64,000 bases of DNA from an uncultured Chthonomonadaceae bacterium (GCA_964519955.1 CAZFLM010000021.1:16276-80275), one strand, 5' to 3'; counted from the stretch's first letter, positions 24,604-34,175 are shown. The notes: a model not told the origin generated them from the sequence alone. Made by a program: numbers and translations.

Positions 24604-27459
24604 TCACCCCACGAACGCCGAGCCCGACGCGGTCGCTACCACCCTCCGCTCCAGGAAGATCGAGCCACCCGACGACGTGAGGCCGTTCGAGTCGCGGCGC
24701 GTGACCGTCACCTCCGGCGACTGCGCTCCCGCGGCGATGGCGCGATCCCGGGCACGCTGCCGGGCGATGGCGACCGCCGTCTCCGTCGCGTGCTGCAGCT
24801 CCGAGAACTCCATCCGCTCGTCGATGCCGTGGAGCACGTAGTTCGAGAACAGCCCCGGCTGGATGAGCACCTCGTCGGTCACCGAGACCTCCGTCGCGAT
24901 GGCGCCGATCGCGTTGGCCACGTCGGCGTCCTCCGGCACGATCACCTCCGCATCCAGGTGCTCGCGCACCGGGCCCGCCAGGACGCCGGCTGGAGCGCCG
25001 ATGGCGATGAGGGGCCGATCCAGCGAGAAGCGCACCTTCAGGCCGCGCTCGGCGGGTTCGAACGCGCGGTCCAGCAGGAAGCGCCAGTCGTCGGGCAGAT
25101 CGTGCAGGCGCCGGTCGTCGTGCGAGACCTCGCGGCGCACCACCTCCTCGAACATCCGGCGGGTCACAGCCTTCCGCGCCGCCGACATCACCTCGGCGAC
25201 GGGCCTACCGAACATCTCCGCCCACAGCTCCAGGGCCAGGCGCGACGCCTCGGCATCCCAGCGCTCGAACTCGCCGCTCACGTGCAGCAGGTCGGTGGGA
25301 GTGAGCGCGCATCGCTTCACCATGCCCGCCTGCTCCAGCCTGGCGAGCGGGAGGAACTTGTGGTTGGGCGTGCCGAGCCGTGCCGCGGCTTCGATGGCGG
25401 GGATCGGCCCCTGCGCGACGAGCGCCATCAGCGCGGCCTCGGGAGCGGTGAGGCCCAGGTTGCCCGCGCCGCCGGCGATGAGCACGTCGAGGGCCGATGC
25501 GTCCGTCGCCTTCAGGCAGTGGCGGCGGTCGAAGCGCTCCAGGAACCGCCGGACCGACGGGTGCTCGCTTGCCACGTAGGCCAGCGGCAGGTTGCGCGTC
25601 GGGCCGATCACGATGTCGCGCTCGCGGGTGAAGTCGATGCGGCTGTCGCCGCCCAGGCCCACGGTGCTCATCTCGACCACGTCCACCGACATGACCCACT
25701 GCCCGACCCGCGCGCCCTCCGGCGCCACCGCGACGCGGCCGTTCTGCAGGATCGCGCAGTCCGTCGTGGTGCCGCCGACATCCATCACGAGGGCGTCGTC
25801 GAGGCCGGTGAGGATGCGCGCACCGCTGACACTGGCCGCGGGGCCGGAGAGGATCGTCTCGATCGGGCGGGCGCGCGCGATGCTCTCGTCGACCGGGGTG
25901 CCGTCGCCCTTGACCACCGTCAGCTTCCCGGGCACCGAGAAATCGCCGAGCGCGCGGTGGACGGAGTCGAGCAGGTGCTCGATAACCGGCAGGAGGCGAG
26001 CGTTCGTGACCGCGGTCTGGGCGCACTGGATGCCGTTCAGGCGGCGGCTGACCTCATGCGCGCAGATCACCGGCACCTTCGCGCGCTCGCGGATGATCTC
26101 GCGGACGCGGTTGGCCTGGGCGGGATTGCGGATGGTGCAGTAGCCTGCCACCACGAGCGCCGCGCAGTGCTCCTGCTCGATGAGGCGGTCGACCGCCTTG
26201 CGGCAGGCGTCCTCGTCCAGCTCCTCCAGCACCTCGCCCATGATGTCGACGCTGGCGGGCAGGTACTCGTACGGCGCGTGGCCGATGTCGGTGGCGAACC
26301 ACTCCCAGGGCGCCAGCACGATCAGTCCAACGCGATGCCCGCGCCCCTCGACGATCGAGTTGGTCGCCAGCGTGGTTGAGAGCGAGGTGATCTCGACGCG
26401 CTGCAGCAGGTCGGCCGGAAGCTGGCCCAGGGCGCCGCGGATGCCCTCAACCAGGTCGTGGTAGGTGGTGAGCGACTTCGCCTTGGCGAGCAGCCTGGCC
26501 GCGCGGAGGTCCCAGAGCACCGCGTCGGTGTACGTGCCGCCCGCGTCGATGCCGAGGCCGATGGCGGTGGCCCCAGCCTGGGCCGGGTCGTTCGCGCACC
26601 ACGAGGTCGGGTGCTTGCCGGGCTCGCGGGCGGGGGATGTCGTCGCGTCGGGCTCCGGGGCGGCGTCGGACGAGTCGGGCTCGGGCGCGGCGGCCCGCTC
26701 GTCGACCGTGGCGGCGGCGAGGACGCGGTCGTCGCCCGTCGAGGCGGACCGGTGGCCGGGCGGAAGCACGAACACGCGGCGCTCGTCCCAGTTGCCGTCG
26801 AGGATGGCGCGCATCAGCTCCAGGTCGCCGCGGATGGCCTCGTAGTTCCACCCGTTGACCTCGGCCATCTGGCGGGTGAGCGCGGCGTACTCCTCCTCGC
26901 CAGGCAGGCCGAGATCGATGTAGGCCGCGCGGGTGTAGTGCTGGCGCCATCGGTCGAGGAAGGCCAGCACGTGCTTGGCGTTATCCGCGCCGTACTGCTC
27001 CGCCATGTCGCCGAAGGCCGGGTGGTGCTCGTAGCCGTCGCGGAAGTAGTTTCGGTAGAGGTCGCCCGCCTCGCGGTTCTTGGGGTGCGTCTTCTTGTCG
27101 ACCCAGCCCAGCGTGCTGTAGAAGGTGCCCGGCGTGCGGTGGAACTGGCGCAGGTACGCCTCCGGCGAGCCGAGGAAGAGGGTGATGCAGTCGTGGGCGC
27201 GGGGGATGACGATCGGCACGTCGCGCGCGATGAGCCCTGCCGCGCCCTGGCCGCACAGGCCGTAGAAGAGCACGACGGCGTCGAAGCCGCCCTCCCGCGC
27301 GGCGGCGTCGATGGCGCCCTGTGCCTGGAGCCGCAGGTCGTGAGGGCGCGCGTGCAGGCCGGCGTCCAGGATGAGCGTATCGATCTGACTGGCACACTGG
27401 GGAGCGAGGAATTCGATGTACGGCTCGAACACGCCACAGGCGACGACCTTCAACCTCAT
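24604..27459 (-). CDS. DUF1638 domain fused to hydantoinase/oxoprolinase-A (ASKHA ATPase) domain, 951 aa
   Basis: N-terminus: DAGLH..P, YGLCG, PRAHDCITLFLGS. C-terminus: GIDAGGTYTDAV, LSTTLATN, SGPAAS, DVGGTTTD, GLGGDS, TPTD, VANAIGA. Confidence 0.85.
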   Translation of the reverse strand: MRLKVVACGVFEPYIEFLAPQCASQIDTLILDAGLHARPHDLRLQAQGAIDAAAREGGFDAVVLFYGLCGQGAAGLIARDVPIVIPRAHDCITLFLGSPEAYLRQFHRTPGTFYSTLGWVDKKTHPKNREAGDLYRNYFRDGYEHHPAFGDMAEQYGADNAKHVLAFLDRWRQHYTRAAYIDLGLPGEEEYAALTRQMAEVNGWNYEAIRGDLELMRAILDGNWDERRVFVLPPGHRSASTGDDRVLAAATVDERAAAPEPDSSDAAPEPDATTSPAREPGKHPTSWCANDPAQAGATAIGLGIDAGGTYTDAVLWDLRAARLLAKAKSLTTYHDLVEGIRGALGQLPADLLQRVEITSLSTTLATNSIVEGRGHRVGLIVLAPWEWFATDIGHAPYEYLPASVDIMGEVLEELDEDACRKAVDRLIEQEHCAALVVAGYCTIRNPAQANRVREIIRERAKVPVICAHEVSRRLNGIQCAQTAVTNARLLPVIEHLLDSVHRALGDFSVPGKLTVVKGDGTPVDESIARARPIETILSGPAASVSGARILTGLDDALVMDVGGTTTDCAILQNGRVAVAPEGARVGQWVMSVDVVEMSTVGLGGDSRIDFTRERDIVIGPTRNLPLAYVASEHPSVRRFLERFDRRHCLKATDASALDVLIAGGAGNLGLTAPEAALMALVAQGPIPAIEAAARLGTPNHKFLPLARLEQAGMVKRCALTPTDLLHVSGEFERWDAEASRLALELWAEMFGRPVAEVMSAARKAVTRRMFEEVVRREVSHDDRRLHDLPDDWRFLLDRAFEPAERGLKVRFSLDRPLIAIGAPAGVLAGPVREHLDAEVIVPEDADVANAIGAIATEVSVTDEVLIQPGLFSNYVLHGIDERMEFSELQHATETAVAIARQRARDRAIAAGAQSPEVTVTRRDSNGLTSSGGSIFLERRVVATASGSAFVG

Positions 27460-27791
27460 GCCGAGGAATCCTCCGGAGGGGCTACGACGAGGACTCCCGG
27501 CCCCGCCTGGTTCCATTATCACACACGGCGGCGCGGAGTCGGACGGGCGGCGTTCCGGCCTGGTCACCCCGAACCGGTGGTGCCGGCGAATGAATTCGCG
27601 CCTGAGAACGGCACGAAGTCCGCCGTCGCGGGCTCGAATGACCACGGCAACGTAGGTGCAGTGCCATGCACATGGCGCCGGGCCGGGCGCGCTCAATTCG
27701 GTGGGAGACATGCATGGCCCGTGCACGTCCGACAGGGAAGCGCGGCGTGGTGGTCGAACCAGTGCGCATCACTTCTCGGAAGGTGGCGCCC

Positions 27792-28487
27792 GTGACCGCT
27801 CAGCCTGGCTCCGATCCGCGACTGCCGGACTCCTCGTTCCTGCGAGACTGCGCGTTCGTGTGCGTCGACATCCAGCCGGCCGGCGGCGAGCCGGCGGGCG
27901 ACATCCCCGACGAGTGGAAGCGGGCCGGCATCACGCTGGAGGACGCGCGCGCCGCGGGCAGGTACGCCCTCGCGGTGGCGCTCCCGAACGCGCGGCGGGT
28001 TGCGGATGCCTGCCGCGGCCTCGGCCTGCCGATGATCTTCATCCACTGGGGCTTCCGCCTCAGGGACGGCATGGACCTCGCGCCCGCGATCCGCCAGTCG
28101 TTCCTGGAGCAGTTCGGCGAGGACGCCGCCAGGTGGCCGCACCACATCGAGGCGCCCGACTCCCGCCCGGCAGACGAGCTGGGCGTGCGCGAGGGCGAGT
28201 ACGTCATCGCCAAGTCGGACCAGGACGCCTTCACCTCGTCCAACATCGGATTCGTGCTGCAGAACCTGGGCGTGCGCAACCTGGTGTTCGTGGGCGGCCA
28301 CACCGGCGCCTGCCTGGGCAAGACCGCGGCGTCGGCGAAGCGCCTTGGCTACCGCATCCTGTGCGTCGAGGACGCAACCAACGACGCGGCCGAGCCGCGG
28401 CGCCTCCCGAACCTGCGCGCGACGGGCTACGACTTCGTCGTCACGACCGACGAGTTCGTGGCGCTGGCGCAGGCGGCCGGCGGGTAG
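27792..28487 (+). CDS. Isochorismatase-family cysteine hydrolase
   Basis: Asp-Lys-Cys triad in VDIQ, AKSDQDAF and GGHTGACL; then VEDAT. Confidence 0.88.
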   Translation: MTAQPGSDPRLPDSSFLRDCAFVCVDIQPAGGEPAGDIPDEWKRAGITLEDARAAGRYALAVALPNARRVADACRGLGLPMIFIHWGFRLRDGMDLAPAIRQSFLEQFGEDAARWPHHIEAPDSRPADELGVREGEYVIAKSDQDAFTSSNIGFVLQNLGVRNLVFVGGHTGACLGKTAASAKRLGYRILCVEDATNDAAEPRRLPNLRATGYDFVVTTDEFVALAQAAGG

Positions 28488-28552
28488 AAGGCATCGCTCG
28501 GCAGGAAGCGGGCGCGCGGATGGCGTACCAGTTGCGTGGAGGGCCACCCACG

Positions 28553-31144
28553 ATGGCGGAGACGCCGGTCGTCTTCATCAGCTACAGCCACCAAGACCCG
28601 CAGTGGCGCGACTGCGTCACGGACCTGCTCGCGTCGATGCGGCGCTCCGCCGTGTGGAACGACCGCGCCCTCGAAGCCGGGGAAGAGTGGCGGCAGCAGA
28701 TCATGGACGCCATCGGAGTCGCCCGCGCCGCCGTGCTGCTGGTCTCCAAGCCGTTCCTCGCGTCCGCGTTCATCCGCGATGTCGAGTTGCCCGCGCTGCT
28801 CGCCCGCCACATCCCCATCCTCGCGGTGTTCGTCGGCCCGACGACCGCCGCGACGCGCGGATCGCTGGGCGCCCTTCAGGGCGTCAACGACCCGGCGCGC
28901 CCGCTCTGCGAGGCCGATGCCGAGGAAGGGGTGCGCGTTGCCGCGCGCCTACAGGAGGCCATCCTCAAGGCCCTGGGGATGCCCGATGCGCCCACCATCG
29001 GCAACCTGCCCTACGGCACCATCGGCACGCTGTTCAAGGGGCGCGAGGGCGTGTTGGGGGAGATGGAGCGGCGCTTGCAGCCCGACGCGCGCGTGCTGAT
29101 CCGGCCCACCACGCTCTATGGGGCGGGCGGCATCGGCAAGACGCGGCTCGCCGTCGAGTACGCGCTGCGGCACGCAGGCGAGTTCACCGCGCTGCTCTTC
29201 GTGGGCGCGGACAGCCCGGCGAATCTGCGCCGCAATCTGGCCGACCTCTGCGGGCCGGGCGTGCTGGACCTGCCGGAGCAGGAGACGCCCGAGGAGGCCG
29301 CGCGCGTCGAGGCGGTCCTGCGGTGGCTGGCTGGGCACCCCGGGTGGCTCCTCATCCTGGACAACGCGGACACGCCGGACGCCGCCGCCGAGGTGGAGCA
29401 GCTCTTCCCGCGGCTGACGGGCGGGCGGACCATCGTGACGTCGCGGCTGGCGAACTGGAGCGCGGGCACGGAGCCGCTGGAGCTGGACGTGCTGGACCCG
29501 GACGCCGCCGCCGCGTTCCTGCTGGAGCGCACCGCCCGCCGCCGCCGCACGCCCACCGACGACGCGGACGCGCGGGCGCTGGCCCATGACCTCGACGGCC
29601 TCGCGCTGGCCCTGGAGCAAGCAGGGGCGTACATCGACACGAAGCGGCTGGCTCTGCCTGCGTACCGGGAGCTGTGGGCGCGGCACGACCGGAAGGTGCG
29701 CGAGTGGCGCGACCCGCGCCTGACGAACTACCCGCGCAGCGTCGCCACGACGTGGCTCACCACGATGGCCCAGCTCAGCCGCGGCGCCCTGTCCCTCCTG
29801 CGCCTGCTGAGTTGGCTCGCGCCGGACCCGATCCCGCTCTCACTCATCGCCGAGCAGGAGCAGGACGCCCTCGCCGAGTTGGCGGGCTACTCCCTCGTGA
29901 AGCTCGAAGGCGACACCCTCCGCGTCCACCGCCTTGTGCAGGAGGTCACGCGTGACCGGCCGTCGGCCCGGCAGCAAGCCAGGTCGCTGCGCGCGGCGCT
30001 GGAGCGGGTGAACGGGGCCTTCGTGGGCAAGCCGGACGACGTCCGCAACTGGCCGGCGCTTGAGCCCTTGCAGCCTCACGGCGCCGCGGTTGTCCGGGCG
30101 GCCGACGCTCAGCGGATGGGAGAGCCGACGGCGCGGCTGATGAACCAACTATCTCTGCTCCTTCAGGCCAAGGCGCTGTACTCCGAGGCGGAGCCGCTGA
30201 TGCGGCGGGCGCTGGCGATCCGTGAGCAGAGCGGCGGGCCTAACCACCCTAGTGTGGCGGTATACCTGAACAACCTCGCAATGCTCCTTCGGGGCACGTA
30301 CCGCCTGGCAGAGGCGGAGCCGCTGATGCGCCGGGCGCTGGCGGTCAACGAGGGGAGGTGCGGACCGGACCACCCTAACGTCGCCATCCGCCTGAGCAAC
30401 CTGGCGATCCTGCTCTACGCCACGAACCGCCTGGCGGAGGCGGAGCCACTGATGCGCCGGGCGCTGGCCATAGACGAGGCGAGCTACGGGCCGGAGCACC
30501 CCAACGTCGGCACAGGCCTCAGCAACCTCGCGATGCTCCTTCGGGGCACGAACCGGCTGGCGGAGGCGGAGCCGCTGATGCGTCGGGCGCTGAAGATCGA
30601 CGAGGCGAGCTACGGGCCTGACCACCCGATGGTAGCCATCCGCCTGAACAACCTGGCGGACCTCCTCTACGCCACGAACCGCCTGGCGGGGGCGGAGCCG
30701 CTGATGCGCCGGGCGCTGGCCATCGACGAGACGAGTTACGGGCGGGAGCACCCCGGCGTGGCAGTAGACCTGAGCAACCTGGCGCAGCTCCTCACGGCCA
30801 CGAGCCGGCTGGCGGAGGCAGAGCCGCTGATGCGCCGGGCGCTGGCCATCGACGAGGCGAGCCACGGGCCGGAGCACCCCGACATAGCAGTACGCCTCAA
30901 CAACCTCGCTCGCCTCCTCCAGGGCACGGACCGCCTGGCGGAGGCGGAGCCGCTGATGCGAAGGCACGTCGTGATCTTCGCGGTGTTCCGCGCGCGGAAT
31001 GGCCACGAGCACCCACACTGGTCGGGGGCGTGCCAGAATTACCTCCTGCTGCTCCTCGACATGGGCCTGAGCGAGGCGGAGGCGGCGCGCAAGGTGGCGG
31101 AGGCGGAGGCGGAGGGGTCGGCGCTCGGGGGCGGATCGGGCTGA
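28553..31144 (+). CDS. TIR - NB-ARC/STAND NTPase - TPR protein (bacterial NLR-like), 863 aa
   Basis: TIR: VFISYSHQD, WND..L.AGEEW, LVSK.FL.S.FI.DVELP. Walker A GAGGIGKT; Walker B LLILDN; GLALALEQAGAYI; MH(R)LVQ-like VHRLVQ; TPR_10/12-type repeats. Confidence 0.92.
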   Translation: MAETPVVFISYSHQDPQWRDCVTDLLASMRRSAVWNDRALEAGEEWRQQIMDAIGVARAAVLLVSKPFLASAFIRDVELPALLARHIPILAVFVGPTTAATRGSLGALQGVNDPARPLCEADAEEGVRVAARLQEAILKALGMPDAPTIGNLPYGTIGTLFKGREGVLGEMERRLQPDARVLIRPTTLYGAGGIGKTRLAVEYALRHAGEFTALLFVGADSPANLRRNLADLCGPGVLDLPEQETPEEAARVEAVLRWLAGHPGWLLILDNADTPDAAAEVEQLFPRLTGGRTIVTSRLANWSAGTEPLELDVLDPDAAAAFLLERTARRRRTPTDDADARALAHDLDGLALALEQAGAYIDTKRLALPAYRELWARHDRKVREWRDPRLTNYPRSVATTWLTTMAQLSRGALSLLRLLSWLAPDPIPLSLIAEQEQDALAELAGYSLVKLEGDTLRVHRLVQEVTRDRPSARQQARSLRAALERVNGAFVGKPDDVRNWPALEPLQPHGAAVVRAADAQRMGEPTARLMNQLSLLLQAKALYSEAEPLMRRALAIREQSGGPNHPSVAVYLNNLAMLLRGTYRLAEAEPLMRRALAVNEGRCGPDHPNVAIRLSNLAILLYATNRLAEAEPLMRRALAIDEASYGPEHPNVGTGLSNLAMLLRGTNRLAEAEPLMRRALKIDEASYGPDHPMVAIRLNNLADLLYATNRLAGAEPLMRRALAIDETSYGREHPGVAVDLSNLAQLLTATSRLAEAEPLMRRALAIDEASHGPEHPDIAVRLNNLARLLQGTDRLAEAEPLMRRHVVIFAVFRARNGHEHPHWSGACQNYLLLLLDMGLSEAEAARKVAEAEAEGSALGGGSG
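30185..30960 (+). repeat. Coding tandem repeat, 126-bp period (42-aa TPR)
   Basis: gaggcggagccgctgatg-like anchors at 30185, 30311, 30437, 30563, 30689, 30815 and 30941. Confidence 0.95.
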
Positions 31145-31225
31145 CGCGTTCGGGGAACCGGCCCGCCGCGGAGGACATACCCCGCCTCGCCACGAACCTG
31201 GCGGCGTCACGCCAAGGAGGACGCC

Positions 31226-34159
31226 ATGCGCTTTGCCTGCCGCCGGATCCTGCTCGCCGCCGCCCTGCTGTTCCTCGCCGCACCGCTTGCCCGGCCTCAG
31301 CCCGCGCCTTCCGGCATCGCCCAGAGCACGCTGGCCGAGGTGGCCGCGCCCGCGAAGCTGCCGCCCGGCGTCTACACGCAGGCTGCGCGGTGGAGCGCCA
31401 CGCAGTTCGGGCACATGACCGGCACGCGGCTGGAGGACCCGGACGCGCAGGGCGGGGTGGCCTGGACCGGCGAGGCGTCGCTCACGGCCACCTCGGGGCC
31501 GCTGCTGTATGGCCCGTACGCCGAGCTGCCCGCCGCCGACTACGTTGCGTTCTTCCGCGTCAAGCTCGCGGGCGACATCGGCGACGAGAGCATCGCCACG
31601 CTCGACGCGTGCGTCGGGAACGGGGCGAGCACGCTGGCCCAGCGCGACGTCTCGCCGGCCGACCTGGCGCGCGGGCGCTACGTGCAGGTGGCGCTCGCGT
31701 TCCGCTCGCCGGGCGGCCGCCTCGAGTGCCGGCTCCACTGGCAGGCCACGACCTCGCTCACGGTGGACGGCGTCACTCTCTATCGCCGCGAGGGGCCGCC
31801 CGTGGACAGCAGCGTGCCGATGGTCGAGCAGCCGTCGTCGACCGGGGCGCTGAAGGGCCTGAAGTACGCCCCGCCGCGCCCGCCGTTCGAGGGCATCTTC
31901 CCGCGCTCCAGCAAGCCGTCCGCCAACCTCACCGTCTGCGACGTGCGCGGCAAGCCCGCCGACGTGCAGTTCCTGGCCGTCTCGCTGCAGGGCCTCGTCA
32001 ACCGTTCCACGCCTCGCGTCTACTGCCTGCTCAACGGCGAGGACCCGTTCTGGCTCGACTGGCTCAAGAAGTCGAACCGCGTCGCCGAGACGGACACCGC
32101 CGCCGATGCGCTCGCGCTGCTGGAGAAGTACCGCGGCGCGGCCAAGGGGATGATCGTCACCGACCCGGCGCTGCCCGCCACGCGCAACGTCGCGACGATG
32201 ATGGCGGGGGTGATGGACGGCGCCATCGTCTCGCCGCGCCTGGCGGCTGTCGTCAAGCTGCCGGTCCTCGCCGACCTGCGCGGGCGGTGGAAGCAGAACG
32301 CCGACGCCTACCAGTGGGCCCACGACACGCTCTGGCCCAAGCTCAACCACTTCGCGGCCGCGTGCCTCTGGCCGTCCGACGCGGGCCTGCGCGACTACCT
32401 GATCCAGCACCGCATCCCCGTCTTCTGGCTGCCCGGCCGCATCGACGCCGCGAAGCCCTACGCCAACGCCGCCGCCGAGCTGAAGGTCGCGGAGGAGATG
32501 TTCGCGCGCATGCCGGCCAACGTGCCGATGATGGGCTACTCCTGGGCGGGCGAGAACATCGGCATGGGCGAGGGGCCCGGCGTCGGGCTGATGGCGGAGT
32601 TCGGCAAGTACCTGGTCGGCTCGCCAGGCCTGAGCAACGTGAGCGTCCACTCCGGCTACCCGAACCCGATCCGCCGCCAGCCCGCCGCGAAGGCGCCGCC
32701 GATGCAGCAGGACAAGGTTTACTACTCGTTCCTCATCTCCGACGGCGACAACCTGCCGGTCATCGAGATCAGCAACTGGCCGCAGCTCTGGCGCGACCCG
32801 ACGCGCGGGAAGCTGCCGCTGGCGTGGACCATCTCGCCCTCCTCGTCCATCCTGCTGCCGGACATCGTGGATTACTACTACTCGACCGCGAGCCCCAACG
32901 ACACGTTCATGTGCGCGGTCTCCGGCGTCGGCTACACGTACCTGCAGCTCTACGGCAAGCGCTACACCCAGCCGAGCGCGGTCTACGACGGGTTCCTCGA
33001 TCAGACCGCGCGCTACATGAAGGCGATGGACCTGCGCACCATCAACCCGTCCGGCGTGAGCGCGAAGGAGATCGCCCGCTACGCCGAGCGCATCCCCGGC
33101 CTCGGCGGCATCTTCGCCGACTACGGGAAGAACGTCGGCACCTACCAGGAGGCGACGACCGTCACGTCCGGCAACGTGCCGGTGTTCCACGCGGTGACGG
33201 GGTGGGAGCCGAAGGGCAACCGCGAGGAGCAGATCGCCAACATCGTCGCGCAGGTGAAGGCCATCACCCCGGCCACGCGGCCCGCGTTCCTGCACGTGTT
33301 CATCTGCAACTGGTTCTTCGACCTGCCCATGCTGAAGGAGATCCAGGACCGGCTGGGGCCGGACTACGTGGCGGTTTCCCCGGACAACCTGGCCGCGCTG
33401 TGCAAGCACGACATGCGGCGGCTGGCGCTCCACGTGCAGGCGCCGGTCACCGTCGGCGGCATCGAGGGGCGTCCGGTGCGCTACGCGGTGACGCTGCGCA
33501 ACCTGACCGCGAAGCCGATGCCGCTCCGCCTCGCTCTGCATGGCGCCGGCTCGCTCCTCGTCAGCCCGGCGCAGATGACCCTCGCGCCCGCGCAGGTGCT
33601 GCAGGCGGTCGTGAGCGGCAAGGCGTCGACGCGCACCGTGACGCTGAGCGTGAAGGGGCCGTTCGGAGCGCGCCAGTACGTCACGGGGGTGATGCTCGCC
33701 GGGCTCCGCGAGATGATCGGGACGCCGCCGCCTGCCTCCGCGCACTACGAGGCGACGTTCGAGGCGGAGGCGCTGCCGCACATCGTCGGCGACGAGGTGG
33801 AGGAACCAACCGCCAGCGGTGGGAAGGCGCGCGCGGCCGTGCAGGGGCAGACCAAGCCGGGGCACATCTCCTACGGCCCGTACCGCGCCTACCCGGCCGG
33901 CAAGTACGTCGCCCTCTTCCGCGTGAAGCGCACGGGCGAGGGCGGCGGCGTGGCGTGCGTCCTCGACGCGACGGTGGCCGGCGCCGCGAAGTCGCTGATC
34001 GAGCGGCCCGTGCCCGCATCGCAGCTCCCGCTCGGCGAGTGGAAGACGGTGGTGCTCCCGTTCACCCACCCCGGCGGCTCGCTGGAGACCCGCGCGGTCT
34101 GGCCCGGCAGCGTGTCGCTCATGATCGACCGGATCGACCTGTACACCGTGGGGAAGTGA
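31226..34159 (+). CDS. Secreted GxGYxYP-family putative glycoside hydrolase with related CBM-like domains at both ends
   Basis: Signal peptide; SLQGLVNR..PRVY, FLISDGDN, P.AWTISP, SGVGYTY; YGPY..PA..YVA.FRVK occurs at both termini. Confidence 0.8.
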   Translation: MRFACRRILLAAALLFLAAPLARPQPAPSGIAQSTLAEVAAPAKLPPGVYTQAARWSATQFGHMTGTRLEDPDAQGGVAWTGEASLTATSGPLLYGPYAELPAADYVAFFRVKLAGDIGDESIATLDACVGNGASTLAQRDVSPADLARGRYVQVALAFRSPGGRLECRLHWQATTSLTVDGVTLYRREGPPVDSSVPMVEQPSSTGALKGLKYAPPRPPFEGIFPRSSKPSANLTVCDVRGKPADVQFLAVSLQGLVNRSTPRVYCLLNGEDPFWLDWLKKSNRVAETDTAADALALLEKYRGAAKGMIVTDPALPATRNVATMMAGVMDGAIVSPRLAAVVKLPVLADLRGRWKQNADAYQWAHDTLWPKLNHFAAACLWPSDAGLRDYLIQHRIPVFWLPGRIDAAKPYANAAAELKVAEEMFARMPANVPMMGYSWAGENIGMGEGPGVGLMAEFGKYLVGSPGLSNVSVHSGYPNPIRRQPAAKAPPMQQDKVYYSFLISDGDNLPVIEISNWPQLWRDPTRGKLPLAWTISPSSSILLPDIVDYYYSTASPNDTFMCAVSGVGYTYLQLYGKRYTQPSAVYDGFLDQTARYMKAMDLRTINPSGVSAKEIARYAERIPGLGGIFADYGKNVGTYQEATTVTSGNVPVFHAVTGWEPKGNREEQIANIVAQVKAITPATRPAFLHVFICNWFFDLPMLKEIQDRLGPDYVAVSPDNLAALCKHDMRRLALHVQAPVTVGGIEGRPVRYAVTLRNLTAKPMPLRLALHGAGSLLVSPAQMTLAPAQVLQAVVSGKASTRTVTLSVKGPFGARQYVTGVMLAGLREMIGTPPPASAHYEATFEAEALPHIVGDEVEEPTASGGKARAAVQGQTKPGHISYGPYRAYPAGKYVALFRVKRTGEGGGVACVLDATVAGAAKSLIERPVPASQLPLGEWKTVVLPFTHPGGSLETRAVWPGSVSLMIDRIDLYTVGK

Positions 34160-34175
34160 GGCGCGGGTGTGACCT

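Noticed and set aside
24518-24620. tRNA-anchored integrative element
   Set aside because: No integrase and no duplicated tRNA 3' end was seen; a convergent metabolic gene ends 14 bp downstream.
27656-28552. Long N-terminal extension of the TIR protein (1162-aa ORF call)
   Set aside because: The extension overlaps the isochorismatase gene in another frame and is low-complexity; the ATG at 28553 has a GGAGG upstream and begins the TIR domain.
30149-34069. 1306-aa minus-strand ORF, and similar long antisense or alternate-frame ORFs (e.g. 21295-24321, 16803-18962, 60349-62805)
   Set aside because: Shadow ORFs of high-GC genes: Arg/Ala/Gly-rich, no motifs, and overlapping well-supported genes.
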